From: Nitrospinales bacterium
GTDB taxonomy: Bacteria; Nitrospinota; Nitrospinia; Nitrospinales; VA-1
Length of the DNA stretch: 64,000 nt
NCBI GenBank assembly: GCA_965223345.1
Contig: CBDCWG010000012.1
Coordinates: forward strand, 832,001 to 896,000
Direction of reading: 5' to 3'
The position numbers and the translations under genes are program-made. The notes beneath the pieces were generated by a model that saw only the letters and a program-made list of their open reading frames with translations, was not told the DNA's origin and did no database searches. Numbering within the stretch: position 1 is the stretch's first letter; every line of letters starts with the position of its first letter. This document shows, piece by piece, positions 10,192-20,185 of the stretch.

Positions 10192-12264
10192 ATGCCCGAA
10201 TTTTTTCTGGAAATTGGCGCGGAGGAAATTCCCGCAGGCTATATCGAGCCCGCTTTGAATTTTCTCAACGAGCAACTGACCGCATTTTTTTCGAAGAATC
10301 GAATTCAGCAGAAAGAAGCCCGAGTCCTCGGCACGCCGCGCCGGCTGGTCGTGGTGTTTTCGGGAGTGGACGCGAGGCAGGAGGATGTGGTGGAAACCCA
10401 CCTGGGTCCCAATGTCAAGGCGGCCTACGATGCGGAGGGGCAGCCGACCAAGGCGGCTTTGGGGTTCGCACGCGGAAAAGGCATCGATGTGGCCCAGCTC
10501 ACCCGCGAAAAGACGCCGAAGGGCGAGGTGATCTGCGCCCGCGTGGAAAAAAAGGGGCAGGCCACAGAGACGATCCTCAACGCCGCGCTGCCCGGATTCA
10601 TCGAGCGCATTCCCTTTCCCAAAAAAATGCGCTGGTCGGACAAGTCCCTGCCGTTTGCCCGGCCGATCCACTGGATCGTCGCGCTGTTCGACGGGAAAGT
10701 CCTGAACTTTGAGTTCGACGGCCTCGCATGCGGCAACCGTTCCCGCGGTCATCGTTTTCTCAAGCCCGATGCTTTTGAGGTGAGCTCTTTCGATTCGTAT
10801 CTGAAAGCCAGCGAAGCACATTGTCTGCAGGTCGATCCGAACGAACGAAAAAAACGCATCCGCGATCAGGTGCACGCCCTGGCGCAAGAGGTCGGGGGAG
10901 CGGTGGAGGAAGACGCCGCGCTGCTCGATGTGGTGACGCAGCTCGTCGAGTATCCCGTCGCCCTGCGCGGCAATTTCGACCGCAAGTATCTGGAGCTGCC
11001 CAAGGAACTGCTGGAAGTGACGATGAAACACCACCAGAAATATTTCCCTCTCGTGGATGCAGACGGCAAGCTGATGCCACATTTCATCACCATCAGCAAC
11101 ATGAAAGCCGACAATCCCGAAGCCATCCAGCGAGGCAACGAACGGGTGTTGCGGGCGCGGCTGGAAGACGCGCGTTTTTTCTTTGAGGAAGACCGCAAGC
11201 GCAAGCTGGATGAATTCGTGGATGAGCTCAAGGGCGTGGTGTTCCAGAAAGCACTCGGCACCTCGTTTGAGAAAGTGACTCGCTTTACCGAGTTGTCGAA
11301 AAAGCTGGCGCAAACGGTGTGTCCGGCCAGGGAAGCCCAGGCCGCGCGCTGCGCGTTGCTGTGCAAGGCCGATCTGGTGAGCCAGATGGTGTATGAGTTC
11401 CCCGAGCTGCAGGGCATCATGGGAGGCTACTACGCGGAACTTTCCGGTGAAGATGCGGAGGTGGCCGCCGGTATCAAGGAACATTACCGCCCCGCTTTTG
11501 CCGGCGATCGCCTGCCGGAAACCGATGCGGGCGCGCTGGTGGCGGTAGCCGACAAGCTCGACACCATCCTGGGCTGCATCGGCGTCGGGCTGCTGCCTTC
11601 GGGGTCGGAGGACCCGTATGGCCTGCGCCGCCATTCGCTGGGGATCATTCAGATCGTGCTGGACAAGGGCTGGCAGTTTTCCCTGAACGAATTGATCGAT
11701 GCGGGCATCGAGGTGCTCAAAGAGAAAATCAAGCTCAAGCCCGATGCGATCCGCGCGCACACGCTGGATCTGTTTTCGTTGCGCTACAAGACGCTTCTCA
11801 ACGACGAAGGCTATCCGTACGATGCGATCGACGCGGTTTTGTCCACCGGAATCGATTCGCTGCTGGATGTGAGACAGAAAGTCGCCGCGTTTTCGGATTT
11901 GAAAAAGCAGCCGTACTTCGAGCCGCTCGCCATCGCTTTCCGCCGTGTGGTCAGCATCCTGAACGAGGAGGCGCCGGGCGAGGTGGACACGCAGCTGCTG
12001 AAAGAATCCGCCGAGAAAGAGCTGTACGATCAGTATCTGAAGATCAAGGATCCGGTCCGCGACCACATCCGCAACAGGGAGTTTGCGCAGGCGCTGGCGC
12101 GGATCGTCGAGATCAAGGGAGCGGTCGATGGTTTCTTCGACGATGTGATGGTCATGGTCAAGGAAGACGCGCTGCGGAAAAACCGGCTGCACCTTTTATT
12201 CGGGATTTCCCTGCTGTTTTCTGAACTGGCTGATTTCTCAAAGATTGTCCTCAAAAAAGGTTGA
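10192..12264 (+). CDS. glyS: glycine--tRNA ligase beta subunit
   Basis: FFLEIGAEEIP, TPRRL, KKMRW, GNERVLRARLEDA, EFPELQGIMG, GSEDPYGLRR, FFDDVMVM, NRL. Confidence 0.97.
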   Translation: MPEFFLEIGAEEIPAGYIEPALNFLNEQLTAFFSKNRIQQKEARVLGTPRRLVVVFSGVDARQEDVVETHLGPNVKAAYDAEGQPTKAALGFARGKGIDVAQLTREKTPKGEVICARVEKKGQATETILNAALPGFIERIPFPKKMRWSDKSLPFARPIHWIVALFDGKVLNFEFDGLACGNRSRGHRFLKPDAFEVSSFDSYLKASEAHCLQVDPNERKKRIRDQVHALAQEVGGAVEEDAALLDVVTQLVEYPVALRGNFDRKYLELPKELLEVTMKHHQKYFPLVDADGKLMPHFITISNMKADNPEAIQRGNERVLRARLEDARFFFEEDRKRKLDEFVDELKGVVFQKALGTSFEKVTRFTELSKKLAQTVCPAREAQAARCALLCKADLVSQMVYEFPELQGIMGGYYAELSGEDAEVAAGIKEHYRPAFAGDRLPETDAGALVAVADKLDTILGCIGVGLLPSGSEDPYGLRRHSLGIIQIVLDKGWQFSLNELIDAGIEVLKEKIKLKPDAIRAHTLDLFSLRYKTLLNDEGYPYDAIDAVLSTGIDSLLDVRQKVAAFSDLKKQPYFEPLAIAFRRVVSILNEEAPGEVDTQLLKESAEKELYDQYLKIKDPVRDHIRNREFAQALARIVEIKGAVDGFFDDVMVMVKEDALRKNRLHLLFGISLLFSELADFSKIVLKKG

Positions 12265-12365
12265 AAAGCCTCGAGGCATCGGATAACCTAGCTCGCGATC
12301 CCGTTGGGCAGAATTGACCTAAACCCTTTGTTTTTGGGGTATTCCAATACTTATTGTTGAGCCTC

Positions 12366-14993
12366 ATGGAAAAGAAGTACGTCTACTTCTTCGGTAACGA
12401 CGGTACCGAAGGCAAAGCGGAAATGAAGGATCTTTTGGGAGGCAAAGGCGCCAATCTCGCAGAAATGGCGGCTTTGGGCATTCGCGTCCCCCCCGGCTTC
12501 ACCATTTCCACCGAAGCGTGCATCCAGTATTTCGCCCAGGGGAACCGCATCCCCGAGAACGTATGGCAAGAAGTCCTGAGTCATCTCAAGAAACTCGAGA
12601 AGACTCTGGAGAAAAAGTTCGGCGACCGCACGAACCCCCTGCTCGTGTCCGTGCGCTCCGGAGCCCGGGTGTCGATGCCGGGCATGATGGACACGGTGCT
12701 CAACCTGGGCCTCAATGAAGATTCGGTGCACGCGCTTTCCGAGCAAACCCAGGATCTGCGTTTCGCGCTGGACTGCTACCGCCGGTTCATCACCATGTTC
12801 GCGGATGTGGTTCTGGGAATCGAAGCGGAAAAATTCGAGACCGTGCTCTCCAAGAAAAAAGAGCAGCGGAATATCCAGGTCGATACGGAACTGACCGTCG
12901 CCGACCTGAAATCGATCATCCGGCAATACAAGACGCTGGTTCAGAAAAATTACGGCGAAGCGTTCCCCACCGATCCGATGGTTCAGCTCGAGATGGCGGT
13001 GCAGGCGGTGTTCAAATCCTGGAACACGCCGCGGGCCATCACCTACCGGAAACTCAACCGCATTCCGCACGACTGGGGCACCGCCGTGACCGTTCAGGCG
13101 ATGGTGTTCGGCAACATGGGTGACACCTCGGCGACAGGCGTGGCGTTCACCCGCAATCCGGCCACCGGCGAAAAGAAATTTTACGGCGAGTACATGGTCA
13201 ACGCGCAGGGCGAGGATGTGGTCGCGGGCATCCGCACTCCCAATCCGATCTCCCGGCTGGAAAAGGAAATGCCCGAGGTTTACCGGGACCTGGAAACGGT
13301 GTATCAAAAGCTGGAAAATCATTACCGGGACATGCAGGATCTGGAATTCACCATCGAAAACAAAAACCTGTATCTGTTGCAGACGCGTTCCGGAAAACGC
13401 ACGGCCGAATCGGCGATCAAGATCGCCATGGACATGGTGAGCGAGGGGCTGATCAGCAAGCACGAAGCGTTGATGCGGGTGCAGGCGGACCAGCTGGACC
13501 AGATTTTCCACCCCATGATCGATCCCAAAGCCGAGATCAAGGTGTTGGCGAAAGGGCTCGGGGCTTCGCCCGGCGCGGCTTCGGGTAAGGTGGTGTTCAC
13601 GCCGGAACACGCGCAGTCGATGGCGGAAAAAAAGGAACGGGTCATTCTGGTTCGTTCGGAGACCTCTCCGGAAGACATTCACGGCATGAGCGTTTCCCAG
13701 GGAATCCTGACGGCCAAGGGCGGGATGACCTCGCACGCTGCGGTGGTGGCGCGGGCGATGGGCAAACCCTGTGTTTCCGGCTGCTCGGAATTGAATGTGG
13801 AGCCGAAAAAAAAGCGCTGCACGTTGAACGGCGTGCAGCTCAATGAACTGGACGCCGTCACGCTGGATGGCACCACCGGCAAAGTGATCCTGGGCGCCGT
13901 TCCCTTGAGCCAGCCGAAACTGACCAGCAATTTCACGCGCCTGATGAACTGGGCCGGGGAGGTCCGGGCGCTCGACATCCGCGCCAACGCGGACACGCCG
14001 CACGACGCGATCGTGGCGCGGGAGTTCGGCGCGCAGGGAATCGGCCTGTGCCGCACGGAACACATGTTTTTTGACGAGGAGCGGATTCTCCTGATGCGCA
14101 AGATGATCATCTCGGAGGATTCGAAGAAGCGCACCGAGGCGCTCAAGAAACTGCTGCCGATTCAACGCAACGACTTCACCGAGATCTTCAAGGTCATGGA
14201 GGGGCTGCCGGTGACGATCCGTCTGCTGGATCCGCCGTTGCACGAGTTTCTCCCCAATTCCGCGAAGGAAGTCAAAAGCCTGGCCGGGAAAATGAAGGTG
14301 TCCCAGACTTCCCTCAACAAAAAAATCGAATCGATGAAGGAAGTCAATCCCATGCTGGGGCTGCGCGGCTGCCGGCTGGGCATCGTTTTCCCGGATATTT
14401 ACCGGATGCAGGCGCGCGCGATTGCCGAGGCGGCGTGCAAGCTGACGCAAAAGGGGATCGAGGTTTTTCCGGAGATCATGATCCCGCTTGTGGGGCATGT
14501 CAACGAATTCAAGATTGTCCGGGCTTCGATCGAAGAAGTGGTGCAAAACGTGATCGAAAAAGCGGGGGTGGAACTGTCTTATAAAATCGGCACGATGATC
14601 GAGCTGCCGCGGGCGGCGCTCACTGCGGATGAAATCGGCAAGGAAGCGGACTTTTTCTCCTTCGGGACCAACGACCTCACGCAGACCGGCCTGGGATTGA
14701 GCCGGGACGATGCGGGCAGTTTTCTTTCCACGTATGTGGATCAGGGCGTGTTCGGCGAAGACCCGTTTGTCTCCATCGACCGGGACGGGCTGGGGAAACT
14801 GGTGCGGATGGGGGCGCAGCAGGGCCGCTCCGCCAATAAGGAGCTGCATCTCGGCGTGTGCGGCGAGCACGGCGGCGACCCCGCTTCGATCGACTTTTTC
14901 CACACCCTGGGGCTGGATTACGTCAGTTGTTCGCCCTTCCGCGTTCCCACCGCCATTCTGGCCGCAGCCCAGGCGGCCATCCGAAACCGTTGA
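12366..14993 (+). CDS. ppdK: pyruvate, phosphate dikinase
   Basis: LLGGKGANLAEM, SVRSGARVSMPGMMDTVLNLG, GGMTSHAAVVAR, GLCRTEHMF, SFGTNDLTQ, GVCGEHGGDP. Confidence 0.98.
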   Translation: MEKKYVYFFGNDGTEGKAEMKDLLGGKGANLAEMAALGIRVPPGFTISTEACIQYFAQGNRIPENVWQEVLSHLKKLEKTLEKKFGDRTNPLLVSVRSGARVSMPGMMDTVLNLGLNEDSVHALSEQTQDLRFALDCYRRFITMFADVVLGIEAEKFETVLSKKKEQRNIQVDTELTVADLKSIIRQYKTLVQKNYGEAFPTDPMVQLEMAVQAVFKSWNTPRAITYRKLNRIPHDWGTAVTVQAMVFGNMGDTSATGVAFTRNPATGEKKFYGEYMVNAQGEDVVAGIRTPNPISRLEKEMPEVYRDLETVYQKLENHYRDMQDLEFTIENKNLYLLQTRSGKRTAESAIKIAMDMVSEGLISKHEALMRVQADQLDQIFHPMIDPKAEIKVLAKGLGASPGAASGKVVFTPEHAQSMAEKKERVILVRSETSPEDIHGMSVSQGILTAKGGMTSHAAVVARAMGKPCVSGCSELNVEPKKKRCTLNGVQLNELDAVTLDGTTGKVILGAVPLSQPKLTSNFTRLMNWAGEVRALDIRANADTPHDAIVAREFGAQGIGLCRTEHMFFDEERILLMRKMIISEDSKKRTEALKKLLPIQRNDFTEIFKVMEGLPVTIRLLDPPLHEFLPNSAKEVKSLAGKMKVSQTSLNKKIESMKEVNPMLGLRGCRLGIVFPDIYRMQARAIAEAACKLTQKGIEVFPEIMIPLVGHVNEFKIVRASIEEVVQNVIEKAGVELSYKIGTMIELPRAALTADEIGKEADFFSFGTNDLTQTGLGLSRDDAGSFLSTYVDQGVFGEDPFVSIDRDGLGKLVRMGAQQGRSANKELHLGVCGEHGGDPASIDFFHTLGLDYVSCSPFRVPTAILAAAQAAIRNR

Positions 14994-15075
14994 CCGCTTT
15001 TCCCGAACATTGCAACCGGCTCCCGGCTCTTGAGCACGCAGATCGTTGCGTTTCGCCTGCCGAACAAAATGGTGG

Positions 15076-15104
15076 TTGACTTCACCGGCCGGGGTTTCGA
15101 TAAT
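15076..15104 (+). promoter_or_regulatory. sigma70-type promoter for the epimerase-decarboxylase operon
   Basis: TTGACT-17 nt-GATAAT. Confidence 0.55.
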
Positions 15105-15259
15105 GTGAAATTCTACGTTTCATTTCAAAAAGATCGCTTCCCGTTTTCCAGAGACCGGCGCCGTCCGGACCGCACGGGGCGGCGAGAGGAATCATACAGG
15201 ATTGAAGGCATGGGCGGCTGCGGCCGGGAGGCCCATCCCGATTTTTACGAGAGTTCGAA

Positions 15260-16198
15260 ATGAATATTGCGCTCACCGGGATCACCGGTATGGTGGGTTC
15301 CCATTTGATCAAACGACTTGCCGAAAGCGACGGCAACGGGCAAAAACCCAATGTCCGGGCTCTGATCCGCGAAGGCAGTGTCGTTGAACATCTGAAGCCT
15401 TTTGAAGACGTGGACTATGTCCTCGGCGGGCTTGAAGACAAGGAGTCCCTCAAGAATCTGGTTGAAGACGCCGACTGTGTGGTGCACCTCGCGCATTTTC
15501 CCGGCCCCGTGCAGACGGCGGACGAGTTGGTGCGGGTGAACGTCAACGGCACGCTGGACCTTCTGGAAGAAGCGAAAAAGGCCAAGGTGAAGCAGTTCAT
15601 TTTCATGAGTGCGTGCACGATTTTCGGCGAAGTGCTTCCCGGCATCGACGAGGCCCACCCGATGGATGAAAGCCACCCGGTGCGGCCGAGCAGCCTGTAC
15701 GGGGCGATCAAGGCTTCGCTGGAAAACTTCTGTTTCTGCTATTACAAAAGCCGCGCGTTCGATATCGCCATTGTGCGGCCGGTCACGATTTACGGTGTGC
15801 GGCCGCAACTGGAAAAATCAGAGTGGTTTCAGACGATCGACTACCTTGCCACCAACTACAATGTGGATGTGAAGGGCAGCACCAAATACGTGTCCGTCGA
15901 TTCGGTCTGCCAGGCCCTGGAAAAACTGATCGGCAATGCAGACGCGGCCGGGAAGATCTATCATCTGGTGGACGGACACATCCACAACCTGGAGCTGGGA
16001 AAGATGATCGCCGACACGATCGAATCCTTCGGCGAGGTGGAAGGCATCATGGGAGAAAAAGGGGTGCCCATGTCCAACCAGGCGGCGAAGGATCTGGGCG
16101 TGGAGTTTAAAGGCAAGGAAGGAATCACCGAATACATCAAGCTCCTGCACGATCTGCAGATGAAGTATGGTGGCGAACGCAGTATCGAAAACTGGTGA
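15260..16198 (+). CDS. NAD-dependent epimerase/dehydratase (extended SDR)
   Basis: TGITGMVG Rossmann motif, VVHLA, NVNGT, YGAIK (YxxxK), VRPVTIYG. Confidence 0.9.
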   Translation: MNIALTGITGMVGSHLIKRLAESDGNGQKPNVRALIREGSVVEHLKPFEDVDYVLGGLEDKESLKNLVEDADCVVHLAHFPGPVQTADELVRVNVNGTLDLLEEAKKAKVKQFIFMSACTIFGEVLPGIDEAHPMDESHPVRPSSLYGAIKASLENFCFCYYKSRAFDIAIVRPVTIYGVRPQLEKSEWFQTIDYLATNYNVDVKGSTKYVSVDSVCQALEKLIGNADAAGKIYHLVDGHIHNLELGKMIADTIESFGEVEGIMGEKGVPMSNQAAKDLGVEFKGKEGITEYIKLLHDLQMKYGGERSIENW

Positions 16199-16216
16199 GT
16201 GGTCTCCCAACCGTCT

Positions 16217-16714
16217 ATGATTTCATCCAAAGGATTTGTCGAACGATTGTCCGCAGAAGGGTTTCATTTTTATGCGGGCGTGCCCTGCTCCCTGCTGTCC
16301 GGACTGATCTCCTGTCTGGAAGAAACGCCGCAGATTTCCTACATGCCCGCCGTGCGCGAGGATGCGGCGGTCGGGCTCTGCGCCGGCGCCTACATGGCGG
16401 GAACTCTGCCGGTGCTGCTGATGCAGAACTCGGGGCTGGGCTACAGCCTCAACGCCTTCACTTCGTTGAACCTCATCTATAAAATTCCCACGCTGGTGAT
16501 CATGAGCTGGCGCGGCTTCGGCGGCAAGGACGCTCCCGAGCACATCATCATGGGAGCCATCAATGAAGACCTTTTGAAAACCGCCGGCATGCAATACAGC
16601 GTTCTCACGGCGGAAAACTGCGACGAAGCTCTGGATAAGGCGCTCGCCTGCATCAAAAAAGAGCTGCCCTACACACTTCTGGTCAAGAAAGGCCTGTTCG
16701 ATGAAAAGCACTGA
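16217..16714 (+). CDS. TPP-dependent decarboxylase alpha subunit (phosphonopyruvate/sulfopyruvate decarboxylase family)
   Basis: GVPCSLL, REDAAVGLCAGAYMAG, MQNSGLG, WRG..GKDAPEH. Confidence 0.85.
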   Translation: MISSKGFVERLSAEGFHFYAGVPCSLLSGLISCLEETPQISYMPAVREDAAVGLCAGAYMAGTLPVLLMQNSGLGYSLNAFTSLNLIYKIPTLVIMSWRGFGGKDAPEHIIMGAINEDLLKTAGMQYSVLTAENCDEALDKALACIKKELPYTLLVKKGLFDEKH

Positions 16715-17258
16715 GGCCTACGAAACGATCCTGCCGCTGCTCGACGGCGCACCCGTGGTGCATGCGAACGGCTACATCTGCCGGGAGTCCTTCAGCATCG
16801 AGGACCGCGAAGCGAATTTTTACATGATCGGCTCGATGGGACTGGCCTCGTCCATCGGTCTGGGAGTGGCGCTTTGCAAACCGGACCGCAAAGTCGTGGT
16901 GTTCGACGGGGACGGGAATGTCCTGATGTCGATGGGCACCCTCGCCATGATCGCCGCGGCGGCGCCCAAAAATCTGGTGCACGTGGTGTTCGACAACCAA
17001 GTCTACGAATCGACGGGATGTCAGCGGTCGCTGTCCAGGGCGATTTCCCTGGAGAAAGTGGCGGAAAGCTCCGGATACGCACAGGCGGTCAAGGTGACCG
17101 AAAAGGAGGAACTCGGCCCGGCGTTTCAGAGACTGATGCAGGCGGAAGGGCCGGTGTTTTTGTTGATCAAAGTGGATCCGGGTTTTGATTCCTCCACGGG
17201 ACGGGTGACCCACACCCCTGAAGAAATCAAAACCCGGTTCATGAACACGCTGAAATGA
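16701..17258 (+). CDS. TPP-dependent decarboxylase beta subunit (phosphonopyruvate/sulfopyruvate decarboxylase family)
   Basis: NGYICRE, FYMIGSMG, TPP-binding GDG...DN motif, YESTGCQ; overlaps the alpha gene. Confidence 0.85.
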   Translation: MKSTEAYETILPLLDGAPVVHANGYICRESFSIEDREANFYMIGSMGLASSIGLGVALCKPDRKVVVFDGDGNVLMSMGTLAMIAAAAPKNLVHVVFDNQVYESTGCQRSLSRAISLEKVAESSGYAQAVKVTEKEELGPAFQRLMQAEGPVFLLIKVDPGFDSSTGRVTHTPEEIKTRFMNTLK

Positions 17259-17279
17259 CGGCGTGGACCTTTTGCGGAT

Positions 17280-17513
17280 TCAGACCGCGAGGTCCACTTG
17301 ATTGCCGGTCTGCGATTCGCCTGTAGGCAGAGGCGTGCTGTTGTTGCCGGACTCCGAAGACGTTTCCACAGGCGGCAGAGGGCTCGTCTGGGACGCTTCG
17401 CTGCTTTGAGCCGTCGAGGAAGCGCCGGCTTCACCGGTGTTTGCGGGACGCGCGCTGTTGTTTTCGATGGGTTTGGGTGTGGCGGTCGGTTGCGTTGAAT
17501 TCGTGACTTCCAT
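17280..17513 (-). CDS. small Ser/Thr-rich protein with a YjfB-like (putative motility) C-terminus
   Basis: Low complexity, ends TGNQVDLAV; lies just downstream of flaG. Confidence 0.5.
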   Translation of the reverse strand: MEVTNSTQPTATPKPIENNSARPANTGEAGASSTAQSSEASQTSPLPPVETSSESGNNSTPLPTGESQTGNQVDLAV

Positions 17514-17520
17514 GATCTCT

Positions 17521-17916
17521 TTAGATATTTAAATCGGGTGAATTATTCCCGGACAGGTCTTCCACGACCGTCCGAATCCCTTCTTTCAGCTTCAGTTCTT
17601 CTTCGGAAGGGATCTGTTTTACGACTTCCTGAGTCTGGGTGTCGAGGATTTTCACAACGACGTCGTTGTCCTCAGTGATCGTGAACTTGCGGCTTCGATC
17701 GAACGCTTCATCGGCGGACTCGGCCGAAGGCGCCGGTTTCTGGGACACTTCAAGTTTTTCGCGGCCCGTAGGAGACACGGAGACCGTGTCGCTTGAGGAT
17801 GAGGAATCCGGCTTCGAAGACGGAGCGGTTGGGCTGTCTGACTGCGGTGCCGTCCGCCGCGAACCCTGGGTTCGGATTTCGGGTTTCTCGGATGAAGTGA
17901 TGGGTTGACTGTCCAT
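17521..17916 (-). CDS. flaG: flagellar protein FlaG family
   Basis: C-terminal KFTI..D.DVVVKILD.QTQEVVKQIPSEEELKL. Confidence 0.8.
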   Translation of the reverse strand: MDSQPITSSEKPEIRTQGSRRTAPQSDSPTAPSSKPDSSSSSDTVSVSPTGREKLEVSQKPAPSAESADEAFDRSRKFTITEDNDVVVKILDTQTQEVVKQIPSEEELKLKEGIRTVVEDLSGNNSPDLNI

Positions 17917-18059
17917 GATCTTTTTTCTCAAAATTCGTGGTGAATTTTAAATTCGCTCTTTTTCATTGCCCCGGCAGTAACACGCGGTTTTTCATAACTT
18001 TTTGTATTTATTAGCTTTATTCGCCTTCCGGGTCAAATGGCAAAAAGCTCTCGGTCTTA

Positions 18060-18086
18060 AGATCGGCAAAATTTGCAAAATCTTGA
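18060..18086 (-). promoter_or_regulatory. sigma28 (FliA)-type promoter upstream of flaG
   Basis: Minus strand TCAA-N15-GCCGATCT versus consensus TAAA-N15-GCCGATAA. Confidence 0.65.
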
Positions 18087-18369
18087 GCCGAAATTAAAAA
18101 ATAGTCGATTTTCGGCAAATTCTTATAAAATCGCAGTCTGGGGCCCGGTTTTCCGCCATGTGTCCGGGATCCGGCCGTTTGGGGGTGTTTGGGCCGCCCG
18201 GTTTGCGGTGTCCGGCAGGAGAATTGTTGAATTGCAGCGGGGAGTGGAGTAGGATGCGGGGTTCTTATTTCCTTGAAATTGATCACTTTACCGGCTGTCC
18301 GGGGAAGGTTTTTGCGCGCCGGGCGAGCGAGGATTCGGCGGCGGGCTTTGATCCCGATCGAGATCTGCG

Positions 18370-20160
18370 ATGAAGGATTTCCAGAAGATACTGCGTTACG
18401 CCCGGCCCTATAAAAAAAGCATCATCTTTGCTTTTCTGTGCCTGGTGCTGACGTCGGTGATCAACCTGATTCTGCCTTTGATCGTGCGCAACATGATCAA
18501 TGCGGTGGTGGTTCTGAAAAACAGCGGCCTACTCGACAGCCTGGTCCGCGACCTCTTCATCATCATTTTCTTTCAGGCGGCGTTCGCCGTCACCCACAAC
18601 TACGTTCTCGGTTTCGTCGGCCACAGGATGACGACGGATTTCAGGATCGAATTTTTTTCCCACATCCAGTCCCTGTCTCTGCGGTTTTTCCACAAGCGCC
18701 GGGTGGGTGAAATCCTGTCCCGCATGAGCAACGACATCTCGGTCATCCAGAACGCGCTCATCACCATTCCCGTGGCTCTTTTGCGGCAGACCATCACCCT
18801 GATCGGCGCGCTGGCCATCATTCTGTATTTGAACTGGAAGCTGACGGGGTTGATCCTGCTGGTGCTGCCGCCCCTCATGCTGTTCGCACGGGTTTTCGGC
18901 AAGCGGCTGCGCAAGCTTTCCGAGACGGTGCAGGACAAGCTGGCGCGGGCGGTGGTGGTGCTGGAAGAGACGGTGTCCTCGATCAAGGTGGTGAAGTCGT
19001 ACACGCGCGAGCCCTACGAGCGCAAACGCTTCGAAAAAAATATCGAGACCGCGTTCGACGATTCCGTCCGCAAGCTGCGGATCTCGGCTTTTTTCGGCCC
19101 GTTCATTCTCGGGCTCACCTTTTTTGTCTCCGGCCTGCTGGTCTGGTACGGGGGATACCAGGTGATGGACGGCACGACCACGCCGGGCGAGCTCGCGGCG
19201 TTTTTCCTGTACGGATTGATCATAGCCGGTCCCATTGGCACGTTCGTGCGTTTGTACACGCAGATCCAGGAAACGCTGGGTGCGGTGAAACGGGTCTACG
19301 AAATTCTCGACACGCAGCCTCTCATTCAAAGCCCGGAAAACCCGGTGCCCGTTCCTGACCTGAAAGGGCGGATCGAGTTCAAAGGAGTTCAATTCGGCTA
19401 CCAGAAAAACGCTCCCGTGCTCAAGGGCGTGAGTTTCGACATCGAGCCCGGAAAAACCGTGGCGCTGGTGGGTCCGAGCGGAGCGGGAAAATCCACCGTG
19501 ATCCAGCTATTGCACCGTTTTTTCGATCCGGATGCGGGCCAGGTGCTTTGCGACGGCCACGACATCCGCCAGCTCGATTTGAAACAGTACCTCGATCAGA
19601 TCGCCCTGGTGCCGCAGGAAGCCCTGCTGTTCGGCGGGTCGGTGCGGGAGAACATTCTGTACGGAAAACTGGATGCCACAGAAGAGGAACTCATCGCCGC
19701 GGCCCGTTCCGCCAACGCGCACGATTTCATCATGGGACTGGAAAACGGTTACGACACGCCGGTGGGAGAAAAGGGCGTCAAGCTGTCGGGAGGCGAGCGG
19801 CAGCGCATCGCCATTGCGCGCGCGATTCTGAAAAACCCGCGTATCCTGGTTCTGGACGAGGCCACCTCCTCTTTGGACAACCGTTCCGAATCGCTGATCC
19901 AGGAGGCGCTGGAGAATCTGATGGCCGACCGGACCACCCTCATCATCGCGCACCGCCTCAGCACGGTGCGCAATGCGGACAAGATCATCGTTCTCGATAA
20001 AGGGCAGGTGGTCGAATCGGGCCGGCACGAAGAGCTGATGCAAAACGAAAACCTGTATTACAATCTTTACACGCTGAAGATGCTTGAGATCCCGTCTCCC
20101 CCTGTCGAGGATTCCCTCGACGACACGGGATTCGGCTACCAAACCCAGAACGCGATTTGA
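18370..20160 (+). CDS. ABC exporter, fused TMD+NBD (MsbA-like)
   Basis: Six-TM domain, GPSGAGKST, LSGGERQR, ILVLDEATS, IAHRLST. Confidence 0.92.
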   Translation: MKDFQKILRYARPYKKSIIFAFLCLVLTSVINLILPLIVRNMINAVVVLKNSGLLDSLVRDLFIIIFFQAAFAVTHNYVLGFVGHRMTTDFRIEFFSHIQSLSLRFFHKRRVGEILSRMSNDISVIQNALITIPVALLRQTITLIGALAIILYLNWKLTGLILLVLPPLMLFARVFGKRLRKLSETVQDKLARAVVVLEETVSSIKVVKSYTREPYERKRFEKNIETAFDDSVRKLRISAFFGPFILGLTFFVSGLLVWYGGYQVMDGTTTPGELAAFFLYGLIIAGPIGTFVRLYTQIQETLGAVKRVYEILDTQPLIQSPENPVPVPDLKGRIEFKGVQFGYQKNAPVLKGVSFDIEPGKTVALVGPSGAGKSTVIQLLHRFFDPDAGQVLCDGHDIRQLDLKQYLDQIALVPQEALLFGGSVRENILYGKLDATEEELIAAARSANAHDFIMGLENGYDTPVGEKGVKLSGGERQRIAIARAILKNPRILVLDEATSSLDNRSESLIQEALENLMADRTTLIIAHRLSTVRNADKIIVLDKGQVVESGRHEELMQNENLYYNLYTLKMLEIPSPPVEDSLDDTGFGYQTQNAI

Positions 20161-20185
20161 ACTCCTCCCATAGCTCCGCCACGCC

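Noticed and set aside
12265..12365. Fluoride riboswitch before ppdK
   Set aside because: No GGCGATGG...TGATG consensus
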